DNA of 64,000 nucleotides from Cyanobacteria bacterium J06634_5 (lineage in GTDB: Bacteria; Cyanobacteriota; Cyanobacteriia; Phormidesmidales; Phormidesmidaceae). Location: NCBI GenBank assembly GCA_039820525.1, contig JBCBPY010000005.1, positions 89,764 to 153,763 of the forward strand, in the 5' to 3' direction. Position 1 is the stretch's first letter, and the number at the start of each line of letters is the position of its first letter. The notes beneath the pieces were generated by a model that worked only from the letters and a program-made list of their open reading frames with translations, was not told the origin of the DNA and did no database searches. A program made the position numbers and the translations under genes. Shown here one piece after another: positions 37,229-46,947 of this stretch.

Positions 37229-38363
37229 TTGGCTGGTTCGATTCCTCCGCCATTCAAGGACTTAAAAAAGCCTTGGGTTAACTTTCAAATTGCCTAGGCT
37301 TGTGAAAACTCGCCCGTAGCTGTGTGAGCCCTTATTCTTTCGGGCTGTACTCTTTGCACCCTGTAGTCCTGTACCCCTGCACCCCTTCAAATCTCCGTAT
37401 CTGCTGCACTGTTCAGGAACCACACGTCAGCGACTACACGCATCTCAAATGTTCACCCATGAACATTTATGCGTTTTTATCCGGATCCTTACGGACGCAC
37501 ATTTACTTAGGCCAGCAGTCTACATAGTATATGCCTGCCAAGCCCTTGCAAGCTTTATAAGCGTACGATGAAGAGGTTCCCCACACTATGTGGGAGTTTT
37601 ATGAAAACTTTGCGCCTGCGATCCTGCCTGTGACGATACTGTGACAGAAATCACATCTATTTACCGCTCTCAGTACCCAACAGCAGCAAGCGGACAGGCA
37701 ACGAGATACCTAGAGCAACCTGTATACTCAGCCTATTCGTAACCTTTTTGCAGCCGTCTAATTGTCCCTGTCCGTCCAATGCCCCTATAGGCTATATGAA
37801 CCCATATGGACTGCCTAGGTTCCCCAATCAGGCTGTTCTCACTAGCTGAGGAACGGACCGAACTGGCCTTAAAAGCAGTGCGGAATACCACTTAAAGTTA
37901 GCAAAGGCTACTGTGGTAAAGCAGTGTTTATTGATACAGCTCACAGGTACTACACAACCCAAGAGTCTGTCCGCCTAATCGTCTTGCCTCACCAACTGTC
38001 TTTTCCGCTAGCCATCTTTTCGGTGTCAAAATGGCAGAACGTGGCTAACGGAAAAGTACCGGATACAAAGTTTTCGCGACAGTCTTCACGTTTGGAGCGC
38101 GCTGTGGCGATTGCTTTTACCGTTAATTTCCCTACTTCATCATATCTTTGCGATCACGGTAATTTTACCGAGTTAACCTTCATCATGCGGCTCATTGAGG
38201 AATGTCATGCCGTAAGCTTGTCAGCAAACATACGGTCTGAGCCCAATACTTTCTGACTGGTCCTTTTTAACTGGCCCTTTTAACTGGCCTTATCTAACTG
38301 GCCTGTTTTGCCCCGTACTTCAACAATCCAGCAGAAAACCAATTTAGAACTCCAGTGTTATAG

Positions 38364-39851
38364 ATGGCCCTTTCATTCAACTCTCTGAAAGAACGTACAG
38401 CATCCACTGGCAATCTTCCGTTTAGCATTGTTTTTTGGATTGCGCTCTACACCCCTTTTGAAGAATTTATTCTCCGGTGGTTACCCAGTTCTGTGGGTGT
38501 CCTTTTACGCTTTGTCCCGGAGCTTATTTTATATGGTCTGGTTGCCCAGGTTTGTGGCAGCAAACTGCTGCGAAGAGAACCGCTCAAAAAAACGCCGATT
38601 GATTTGCTGGTGTTGATATTTTTTGTGGCAACCGCTATCTCTATTGTGATTAACGACTCTTCTTTAAAGGGAAGTTTAATTAACCTCCGAACAATCTGGC
38701 GATACTTATCGGTGTTTTATTTAGTTGTGAACATCGACATCTCACGAGACGATCTTAAAAAACTTCTAGATGGACTCAAGATCGTCATGATTGCCCAGGG
38801 GGTCATTGGTTCTCTCCAATACTTTTTACCCGCAAGCTTTAATCAAGCTTTTTTTGCCCCAAGAAGCTTTGAGATAGGGAGCTATAAAGCCTCGTCTAAT
38901 GCAGCTGAAGCAGGGGGCCTAAAGGTGGGTGCAACGGCAGGTACTTTCTCCGACCCGGCTATTTTATCGGCGTTCTTGCTGATTGGTCTTATTCTCTTTT
39001 TTGCCAGCACCCACGCTCAAAACGCCCATCTGCTGCCTAGCCTCTCAGAGCTGCGCAATATGGGCGTATTACTGTTTGGCTTATTTGCAACCAAAAAACG
39101 GGCGGCCTTGGTGCTGGGTATTCTTATCCCAATCGTGACATTGTATGTGTATCGAAAAGGGAGAAAACTACTCCATATTGGCTGGTTTTATGGTGCCTTG
39201 GCGCTGATAAGCGTTCTGGCAATCACCGCTATCAGTTCAGGGGGCAGTTCGTTCGCCGGGGTCGATGAACGTGAACAGTCCGTTGAGCTCAGCACCTATT
39301 TTCTTCAGCTGTTTTCCTCAGACTATTGGGCGCACTCCAGCGAAACGGCCCGTGGCTGGTTTATGACCACGATTGTCCACGCGATATTTAGTACCCATAG
39401 CTGGTTTGGGTTTGGCCCAGATGCCTGGCATACGCTTCAGGCCATTGAGGACACCCTGACGTCAGGGACAGATATTGACAAGCTAAAGCGAGATGCCGAT
39501 GTGTTCGACGACGGCTTTTGGTTCGCATTTATGGCCTATTTTGGTATTGTTGGAACAGCTGTTTATGGGTTTATTCTCAAACGCTTATACGATGCGGGCA
39601 GGTGGCTTGCTCGCGTAGCGACAGAACCTGAATACAAGGCGCTCGGGGCAACGTTTGGCACGCTTGTTATCATTACTGTCCTTTACACATTTGCTGAACG
39701 CATTTTTAGGCTGCGAGCTTTTAGCTTTTACTTTTGGCTGTTAGCGGGACTGGTTGTGAATATTTGTCATGTAAAAATGGCAGCTATTCGCGAAGAGCGA
39801 CGTCTACGATTAGAAAATGATCTCCCGTACTGGCCTCCTGAGTCAAAGTAG
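38364..39851 (+). CDS. Wzy/O-antigen-ligase-like polymerase (polytopic membrane protein)
   Basis: 495 aa with about 10-12 TM segments and a large loop. Sits in a polysaccharide cluster. The call rests on topology and context only. Confidence 0.55.
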   Translation: MALSFNSLKERTASTGNLPFSIVFWIALYTPFEEFILRWLPSSVGVLLRFVPELILYGLVAQVCGSKLLRREPLKKTPIDLLVLIFFVATAISIVINDSSLKGSLINLRTIWRYLSVFYLVVNIDISRDDLKKLLDGLKIVMIAQGVIGSLQYFLPASFNQAFFAPRSFEIGSYKASSNAAEAGGLKVGATAGTFSDPAILSAFLLIGLILFFASTHAQNAHLLPSLSELRNMGVLLFGLFATKKRAALVLGILIPIVTLYVYRKGRKLLHIGWFYGALALISVLAITAISSGGSSFAGVDEREQSVELSTYFLQLFSSDYWAHSSETARGWFMTTIVHAIFSTHSWFGFGPDAWHTLQAIEDTLTSGTDIDKLKRDADVFDDGFWFAFMAYFGIVGTAVYGFILKRLYDAGRWLARVATEPEYKALGATFGTLVIITVLYTFAERIFRLRAFSFYFWLLAGLVVNICHVKMAAIREERRLRLENDLPYWPPESK

Positions 39852-40065
39852 CTATTCGACCTATCCTTCTTCAGCTGTCAAACCAATTGGGACTGTCTAG
39901 ATCAGCCTTGTCAACGAAAAAATCTGTTGGCGACGACTCTCACCACCTCGTTAGTGGTTAGTATCAGCTTTAAAGGTGTCAGCCTTCTCTTTTTCCAAGC
40001 GTCATCTTTACTTAGGTGCTCCACCCACAATCTCTTTGATGACTATATTTTGTTTTATATAAGCC

Positions 40066-41064
40066 ATGGTTGCCCAACTCGACTCTCTCTACATTCGCAC
40101 AAGCCCTTACAAAGCAGCTGTTCGACTTTTAAGCTACGTTTTCTTTGAAGGCCGCCCGCTCACCACGAAAGGGCAGTGGATTAATCCGTTGGTGTTGACC
40201 CTATTTAAAATTCAGAAAAAGCTTCCTCAACTCAAGCGGGTTAAGAAGCCCATCTTTATTATTGGCACAGGACGTAGCGGCACCACCATTTTAGGGAAAC
40301 TCCTGTCCATGCACCGGGATGTGGGGTTTTTGAATGAACCGAAAGCACTGTGGCACGCCATTTACCCCGCAGAAGACTTGGTGGGCAGCTATTGTCGTGG
40401 CACAGCGCACTACCGACTGGGTGATGATGAGGCTTCTGAGGGCGTCAAGACAGTAGCACACAAGCTCTTTGGTGCTTATCTGGCAATTTCAACCTCTCGC
40501 CGCGTTGTTGATAAATATCCAGAATTGGTATTTCGCATTCCGTTTGTGCAGAGTCTTTTTCCCGATGCAAAATTCATCTTCTTAGTACGCAACGGTTGGG
40601 ACACCTGTCAGTCTATCGAAGGTTGGTCCGAGCGCTTGGGCGTGGAAGTCAATGCAGAACAGCATGACTGGTGGGGTGCGGATAACCGCAAATGGAATCT
40701 GCTCTGGGAGCAGGTGATCAGCAACGATGATGCCCTGCAAGGCGCAATTCCGGAAAAAGGGAAGCTAGAAAATCCGTTGGATATGGCTGCGCTCGAATGG
40801 ATTGTATCCATGCGCGAAGGGTTGGCATTGATGCGTCAATTCCCAGAAAATATCCAAATGATCCGCTACGAGGATTTGGTTGCAAGCCCTGAAACATCTT
40901 TGAGTAAGCTGCTTGACTTTTGCGAGCTGCCACCAGATAGAAGGTTCATTGAGTATTCCACCCAGAAACTCAGACCTGCTCCGCCCAAGAAAACGGTCTC
41001 AGTGCATCCTGCTATCCGGCCTTATTTTGAAGAGACCATGGCTGAATTAGGCTATGCGATTTGA
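40066..41064 (+). CDS. PAPS-dependent sulfotransferase family protein
   Basis: 332 aa. 5'-PSB-like loop IIGTGRSGTTILGKLL and 3'-PB-like FIFLVRNGWD. Confidence 0.7.
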   Translation: MVAQLDSLYIRTSPYKAAVRLLSYVFFEGRPLTTKGQWINPLVLTLFKIQKKLPQLKRVKKPIFIIGTGRSGTTILGKLLSMHRDVGFLNEPKALWHAIYPAEDLVGSYCRGTAHYRLGDDEASEGVKTVAHKLFGAYLAISTSRRVVDKYPELVFRIPFVQSLFPDAKFIFLVRNGWDTCQSIEGWSERLGVEVNAEQHDWWGADNRKWNLLWEQVISNDDALQGAIPEKGKLENPLDMAALEWIVSMREGLALMRQFPENIQMIRYEDLVASPETSLSKLLDFCELPPDRRFIEYSTQKLRPAPPKKTVSVHPAIRPYFEETMAELGYAI

Positions 41065-41184
41065 AGTCGCTCTAAACAGTCGTTAACTTGTGCAAAAGCT
41101 GCCTATGAATGTGGCTGCTTTTGAGTCTGGCCAAAGCAGTTTGCAGAAATGGAGGGATGCACCTGACACTCACAGGGTTTAAGG

Positions 41185-42858
41185 CTAATGTGTGCCCCTG
41201 TTGTGTAATGCCTGACTACTGTTGTGTAATGCCTGACTAAAAGACTGCTGACTAACGTCACTCTCCAGAATAGGGGTGTCGGGCTGCACTAACAAAACGG
41301 AGGGCTCGGGCGTATTATCTTGAGCTAGCAGCCTGAAGCGTGCTTTGCGATTGGATAAGCCTTTGAGAGACCGAACAAAGCAAAAGGCAAACGCAGCAGC
41401 AGCTTGCCAGGTAAGCAAGCTCAGTGGAGCAGAATGACCGACGGCGACTGCAAAAAGCATAATCACAAACAGAACCAAGCAGCTTAAGTTAATTGGGAAG
41501 CTCCATCGGTCACCGCCACAGCGATAGATACTGTAGTGTAGCCATCTACAGATCACCAGCGACATCAATAACATTGAGCCCACTATGTTTGTTCCAGCAA
41601 TCAAGGTAAACCCAAAGAGCGTTTGGATTTGCAGTATGGGATATATCCAAATGCGGGCCTCTTCGTTGAATTGGTTGTAAACCCAGAAGGTGAGTCTGAC
41701 GGCAATGAGCAGCGATAGCCACAAGAACCCTTCAAACAGGATGGTAGGCCCTAGCTCGCTAGTGAGTGCCATCGCTTTGAACAGCGGTAGTTCGCTTTTG
41801 CCAATGTCTAGCAAAAACAGTCCAGGCAGGGCGATCGCGATCGCGGCATACCAGGGTGCAGGTGTATTGGTGAGGTTAACGCGTGATTTGTAGCGCGCGT
41901 AGGTCTTCGATAAAATCGGGTTGCTTTCGTACTTCTCGCCGACCAAATCGTTCTCTTGGTAGCCAATCTCGTATACGCACCAGTAGCTAATCGTCAGCAG
42001 TAGCAAACTAACAGCATTCAGAATAGGATGGGGACTCAAAAAGCTAAAGGCAATCACCAGAAAGCTCCAGTGGCCTAGTAACACGCGTCTAATAATGTGC
42101 GAGGTGGTCGGATTTTTGACCTTTTCCGAATAGAACAGAGGTACATACACATCGGCCATAGGCAATGTGTAGAGCGCATCAGGCCAAATTGAAAGGCAAG
42201 GGGTTGCCACGGCTGCTAACAACGGAGCATCTTTAACCGCATCAGTCACCGCAACCGCCGCCGCAACCGCAGAGGCACCGATGGCTTCAGTCACCATAGC
42301 AAGCTTACCTTTGGCGCGATCGCGTGCCCCCTGCCAAAAGCGACAGGCAACCATCTGAAAATTGGGGGCCTGTGTTAACGCCGCTGGCAAATATTGAATA
42401 AGCGGCGCAACAATCCAATCAAATCCCAGCGTTGCAATCACCACCTGGGCCTGAGGATTTCGCTCTACGGTTTGGAGAGCAGCTCGAACAAGTGAACGAT
42501 TATAGTAAGTTTTGGCCAGTTTCTTAGCGCGCGATCGCCAAACCAACAGCGTCCATGGAAATACAATCGTTGTTGCAACGACCAAAAGCCAGTCACGCGA
42601 AGTAGCCTCCTCTTTGAGAGGCTGTGGGAACCAGCGCCAGGGCTTTACAGCTTTTATAGCTTCAATAAAAGCGGCCCCTAAAGGCCGAGGATAAACAGAA
42701 TCTAGATAGGCTGACGTCGAGTTACGCAAAAACAGCGTCTCATCAAAATCTAGAATAATAGGAGTATCTACGCCAGCAGATTTTACAGCTTGAACAGCCT
42801 GGGCAGGCGTTTTAGCCGACTTAAACGTAGCATCATGGCTGCTAATGTTCTTTTCCAC
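41185..42858 (-). CDS. Unassigned fusion: HAD-IB-like phosphatase domain plus polytopic membrane domain
   Basis: 557 aa. HAD motif I ILDFDETLF (DxDxT) and a motif-IV-like VTDAVKDAPLL. The C-terminal ~300 aa have about 8 TM segments with a YQENDLVGEKYESNP loop. Confidence 0.5.
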   Translation of the reverse strand: MEKNISSHDATFKSAKTPAQAVQAVKSAGVDTPIILDFDETLFLRNSTSAYLDSVYPRPLGAAFIEAIKAVKPWRWFPQPLKEEATSRDWLLVVATTIVFPWTLLVWRSRAKKLAKTYYNRSLVRAALQTVERNPQAQVVIATLGFDWIVAPLIQYLPAALTQAPNFQMVACRFWQGARDRAKGKLAMVTEAIGASAVAAAVAVTDAVKDAPLLAAVATPCLSIWPDALYTLPMADVYVPLFYSEKVKNPTTSHIIRRVLLGHWSFLVIAFSFLSPHPILNAVSLLLLTISYWCVYEIGYQENDLVGEKYESNPILSKTYARYKSRVNLTNTPAPWYAAIAIALPGLFLLDIGKSELPLFKAMALTSELGPTILFEGFLWLSLLIAVRLTFWVYNQFNEEARIWIYPILQIQTLFGFTLIAGTNIVGSMLLMSLVICRWLHYSIYRCGGDRWSFPINLSCLVLFVIMLFAVAVGHSAPLSLLTWQAAAAFAFCFVRSLKGLSNRKARFRLLAQDNTPEPSVLLVQPDTPILESDVSQQSFSQALHNSSQALHNRGTH

Positions 42859-43385
42859 TGTTCATGAAATTTTGTAAGAGAACTAGGCAGTTCCCCAAAG
42901 GGACTATCCCTAACTTATTCCTAACATAGGTGAATTGCTGCGTGTGAATGCTGATGCCCTGGTTCTATCTTACTTCACAGGGAAATAAAGTTAACGATAT
43001 CATCTCTCCAAACGCTTGAAACCGACGTAAAAAGAGCCTGACCTAAGCGCTAACAACGACATCGTTAATCGTCGCGATTAAGCCTTTTAAAAACACTTTC
43101 AAGCACCTGCAAACATAAAAGCTTGAGCTCGAACTCTTCCAGTTGAGCCCGTTAGATTGAATTCTTCAGATCGAGCCTGTACGCTTAGCACGTACATCAA
43201 TTTTTTTAGATGTATCTCTTGACTTCATCAAAAGACGCTCACAAAAAATAGAAAGTTCCACCCCATAGGTCACAAGCGCCCATAGGTCTGGAGGGGACTG
43301 GTCTCGATAAGATGAGACCAGCCAACAGCCGATACCGCCCGCATGAGTTCCGCATAAGTCATGAGTTCCGCATAAGTTAGGAGCG

Positions 43386-44735
43386 CTATTTAGGCTTAAT
43401 TGTTTTTGCAGGTAGCCCCATCAGCGTGGCATCAATTCCCAGCTTTTGACGAACTGCAATAAGACTAGAAAAAGCCCCCACCAAGAGACTGATAGAGGTT
43501 GCTAAGGCCGCGCCCTCAACGCCCCAACGAGGAATCAAAATCAGATTGAGTACGATATTAAGAGTAGTTGTTATCCATCCTAATGTTGCCGTAAATCTCT
43601 CATGACCGGTCATGTTCAAAATGCCGCGCGCAAGACCGATAGAGGTCGCAATAAAGGTGCTAACACACAGGAGATAAAGGGCCCTTTGCCCCGCAACAAA
43701 CCCTGGGCCAAATAAACCAAGATAGGCATTTCCGCACACAATGAGAGCCGCTGCAAACAGGAAAGCGACGCCTGCAACCACCCGAACACTTTTGGTGACA
43801 GTCTGTTGTAAGTCCATTAGCCGCTTATCGGCGTAGGTTTTGGCAATGGTGGGGGCTAGCGAGCTGCTAACCGCCATCAAAATAAAGGTAATCAGCTGCG
43901 CACCTCGACTAATCGGAACATACAGCCCAACAGCTTCTACACCCTTAAGAGCACCCAACATCAAGACATCTGCTTGAGCGTTAATAATAGGGATGCTTTC
44001 AATGAGGAGAAAAGGGAAAGCACCCGTCAGCCACGCTTTGCCTTTGGAGTAAGTCGGCGCTAGCTTTACAGCAGTCGGCAGCGACCGGATTAAAAAACGA
44101 TTGAGGATAAAGAGCGTAGTGACCGTTCCGATGCCGTAAAAAACAATCACCCAGAGTGCGCTCAAATGCTGGGGAGCTATTAAGTAGGCCGTTCCGGTTA
44201 GGGTAATTAAAATCAGCGGATCGATCAGCAGCTCGGGCAGCAGTCCTTTGGTGATATTTTGGAGCCCTCTCATCGCGCCTCTGCGAACATTTCGCAACGA
44301 GAGGGCTGGCATCAACACCATAGCTAGGCAAATACCTATAAAAGGCTCTGAGTAAGCACCTTTATCCAATATCCAGGCGACTAGAATCGCGAATAGCGCG
44401 ATCGTCACAGAAAAGACAAAGACAGCTTTACTCGCCCAGCTCAACAAGCCGCGCATCAACGGCCAGTTAGACTGGCTTTGATACACGGCTATTTCACGAA
44501 CAACAAAGTTGTCAAAGCCTAGGGTAGCCGGAACGCTGAGGAAATAGGCCCAAACAACAGCATAGGTATAGGTGCCAAAGCCCAAGGTTCCGAGGACCCT
44601 GGCCAGCAGGATACTGATAACAAAACTAAGCCCGGTATACACCAGCCTCAGGCCAAATGCACCGACGATTCCCTGGGCTAACGGACTGTTTGCTAACTTA
44701 CTTTTTAAAATGCTCGCAATGCGTGCGCTAGACAT
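43386..44735 (-). CDS. Wzx-like polysaccharide flippase (MOP superfamily), copy 2
   Basis: 449 aa, colinear with 32759-34099 and highly similar by eye (for example LLARVLGT.GFG.YTYAVVWAY.LSVPAT.GFDNF.VREIAVYQ.QS). Same strand. Confidence 0.75.
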   Translation of the reverse strand: MSSARIASILKSKLANSPLAQGIVGAFGLRLVYTGLSFVISILLARVLGTLGFGTYTYAVVWAYFLSVPATLGFDNFVVREIAVYQSQSNWPLMRGLLSWASKAVFVFSVTIALFAILVAWILDKGAYSEPFIGICLAMVLMPALSLRNVRRGAMRGLQNITKGLLPELLIDPLILITLTGTAYLIAPQHLSALWVIVFYGIGTVTTLFILNRFLIRSLPTAVKLAPTYSKGKAWLTGAFPFLLIESIPIINAQADVLMLGALKGVEAVGLYVPISRGAQLITFILMAVSSSLAPTIAKTYADKRLMDLQQTVTKSVRVVAGVAFLFAAALIVCGNAYLGLFGPGFVAGQRALYLLCVSTFIATSIGLARGILNMTGHERFTATLGWITTTLNIVLNLILIPRWGVEGAALATSISLLVGAFSSLIAVRQKLGIDATLMGLPAKTIKPK

Positions 44736-44811
44736 AGCCTACACGTTAGATAAGTCCTCATTTTCCCATAGAAACGGTAGGTCGCGGGTATGGGAAATAG
44801 AACGAGCGATC

Positions 44812-45969
44812 TTAGACAAGAGACTCTTCAATCAGCTGTGTCATTTTCGAGGCACTGTCGATAGTCGATAGGCTTTTTGCCGCCGCAGACATCTGGCCAA
44901 GCCCGCTAGCATCATTAATGAGCGAGAGGACAATGCGTTGAAGCTGCGGCGAGGTCAGGGCCGACTGCTGATGTAGTTGCGCAGCTCCGATCTTCTCGAA
45001 CGCCTGGGCGTTGTAGGTTTGGTGATCTTCGGCTGCAAAGGGATACGGAATAAGAACAGAGGGTGTGCCGGTGATGGCCAGTTCGATGAGGGTGCCCGCG
45101 CCAGCCCTGCTGACAGCCAGGTTTGCCCGCGCAAAGAGCGCCGCCATATCGTTGTAAAAAGGGCGGTGGATATAGCCAGGATGCTCAAAGCTATCGGCCT
45201 CAGGGTCGTTAGTGCCGGTGATGTGAACTATCCAAGCGCCAGCGTCTAACCAGGCGGGCGCAGCGGCTCTTACCATTTGATTGACGGCAACAGCCCCTTG
45301 AGAACCGCCCACCACCACAATCAGGGGAGCGTCTGTAGGAATATCAATATCACTAAGGCCGATAGCGGTCGCATTTTGAATCGCTGCCATGAATTGCGAT
45401 CGCACTGGCGTACCCACCACGACCGTATTGGCCTGAGGTAAGTGCTTCACCGCGTCTTGAAACCCCAGCGCCACCGTAGTACAGCGAGGGCTTAGCCAGC
45501 GGGTCACTTTTCCTGGCAGCGCGTTAGACTCATGTAAAATCGCCGGCAGACCGAGCGATCTGGCCGCAATAATAGCCGGCGCTGCGATGTATCCACCCGT
45601 GGTAAAAACCCCTTGAAACTTGCCCTGCTTCAGCAAGCGCCTCACCTGAAGGGTGGATTTTGCAAAGCGTGCCAGCAGCTTGAGCGTGGTGAGGCCAAAA
45701 CCACCCTGAACACCCCCCATGCGGACTGTATGAAGGGGATACGTCTCGGGCACTAGCTGAGTTTCTAATCGATCGGGCACCCCTAGCCATTCAATGGTGT
45801 AGTCAACCTCCGCGCTAGCAGACAGGTTTTGCGCAGTTGCGATCGCAGGAAACAGATGACCGCCCGTACCACTCGCTGCGATCAGCAGCTTTTTCGATCG
45901 CCGCTGATTCCCGCTGTTTGTGCCACCTGAAGCCATAAAGCCGACCTGTGTAATACCGCAATAATACAA
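44812..45969 (-). CDS. murG: Undecaprenyldiphospho-muramoylpentapeptide beta-N-acetylglucosaminyltransferase
   Basis: 385 aa. LLIAASGTGGHLFPAIA and the overall MurG pattern. The likely true start is the internal MASGG (about 45936). Confidence 0.9.
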   Translation of the reverse strand: MYYCGITQVGFMASGGTNSGNQRRSKKLLIAASGTGGHLFPAIATAQNLSASAEVDYTIEWLGVPDRLETQLVPETYPLHTVRMGGVQGGFGLTTLKLLARFAKSTLQVRRLLKQGKFQGVFTTGGYIAAPAIIAARSLGLPAILHESNALPGKVTRWLSPRCTTVALGFQDAVKHLPQANTVVVGTPVRSQFMAAIQNATAIGLSDIDIPTDAPLIVVVGGSQGAVAVNQMVRAAAPAWLDAGAWIVHITGTNDPEADSFEHPGYIHRPFYNDMAALFARANLAVSRAGAGTLIELAITGTPSVLIPYPFAAEDHQTYNAQAFEKIGAAQLHQQSALTSPQLQRIVLSLINDASGLGQMSAAAKSLSTIDSASKMTQLIEESLV

Positions 45970-46057
45970 ATTTCAGGGTACCTTGGTTTAAGGTACTATT
46001 TTCGCCAAATACTGACCTCTGCAAATACTGGTTCCGCCTGTAAGGACGTGCAAATCC

Positions 46058-46891
46058 ATGACCCATCGCCCAATGAACGCTCTGCGCATGACTCTAGGCA
46101 TGAAAGGGATAGGCAACCGCCAGCGCGTCACAAAACTGGTGGCAGGTTGCGCAATTGGGTGGGCACTAAGCTTAGGGGTTGGGGCCCGTGAGGGCGTCGC
46201 CGCCTTGCCCGAGACGGCCCCTGCCGAGCTAGTCAACGCAATCGAAAGCATTGAAACCGCAGCGAGTGCGGGAGATATTACAGGTGTGATGCAAAACTAC
46301 AGCCCCAGCTTTACCAATGAAGATGGGTTTACCTTTGAAACGCTACCCACTGCCCTCCAAACCCTGTGGGATCAATACGATAGCCTGACCTATCGCGTAG
46401 AGCTACAGTCTTGGGAGCAGGCCAATAACGGCTACACGGCTGAAACTGTTACCTACATAGACGGCACGCAAACGGTGGATGGTCAGGCAATGACCTTAGA
46501 GTCTGTGATTCGCTCAGAACAAACTTTTGTTGCCGGCAAAGTGGTTTCACAAGAAACCCTCTCTGAACGCAATCAAGTGACCTCAGGTGACATGCCCCCC
46601 ACCGTTTCTGTGATTTTGCCAGAGCAGGTCACCCCCGGCGAAAGCTACGATTTTGACGCCATTGTGATGGAGCCCCTGGGCAATCGATACCTGCTGGGAG
46701 CGGCCATTGAAGAAGGGGTGACAGCAACTGACTTCTTTGCCGGTCGGCCCATTGAGCTAGAGCTGCTGGCCGCTGGCGGCTTGTTTAAAATTGGCGAAGC
46801 CCCTGAAGCGCCAGACAGCCGCTGGGTCTCTGCCCTGCTCGTCCGTGAAGATGGGCTGACCGTGGTTACTCGGCGGCTGCGCGTGGATTAG
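46058..46891 (+). CDS. Hypothetical exported protein
   Basis: 277-aa ORF with a signal-like segment LVAGCAIGWALSLGVGA. No family recognised with confidence. Confidence 0.4.
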   Translation: MTHRPMNALRMTLGMKGIGNRQRVTKLVAGCAIGWALSLGVGAREGVAALPETAPAELVNAIESIETAASAGDITGVMQNYSPSFTNEDGFTFETLPTALQTLWDQYDSLTYRVELQSWEQANNGYTAETVTYIDGTQTVDGQAMTLESVIRSEQTFVAGKVVSQETLSERNQVTSGDMPPTVSVILPEQVTPGESYDFDAIVMEPLGNRYLLGAAIEEGVTATDFFAGRPIELELLAAGGLFKIGEAPEAPDSRWVSALLVREDGLTVVTRRLRVD

Positions 46892-46947
46892 AAACCTCAA
46901 AGACAACCAGACCTTAAATACAAAGAGACCCTGAATACAAACAGGCC

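Noticed and set aside
37231-37251. ggctggttcgattcctccgcc contains a GGTTCGATTCC T-loop-like string, suggesting a tRNA 3' end.
   Set aside because: The flanking bases do not form a T-stem or an acceptor stem, and no D-arm or anticodon arm can be drawn. It lies immediately upstream of the Wza-like gene start.
37924-38256. 110-aa ORF in the Wza/Wzy divergent spacer.
   Set aside because: GTG start in the track with no family resemblance. It ends in the ~13-bp repeat region and is most likely non-coding.
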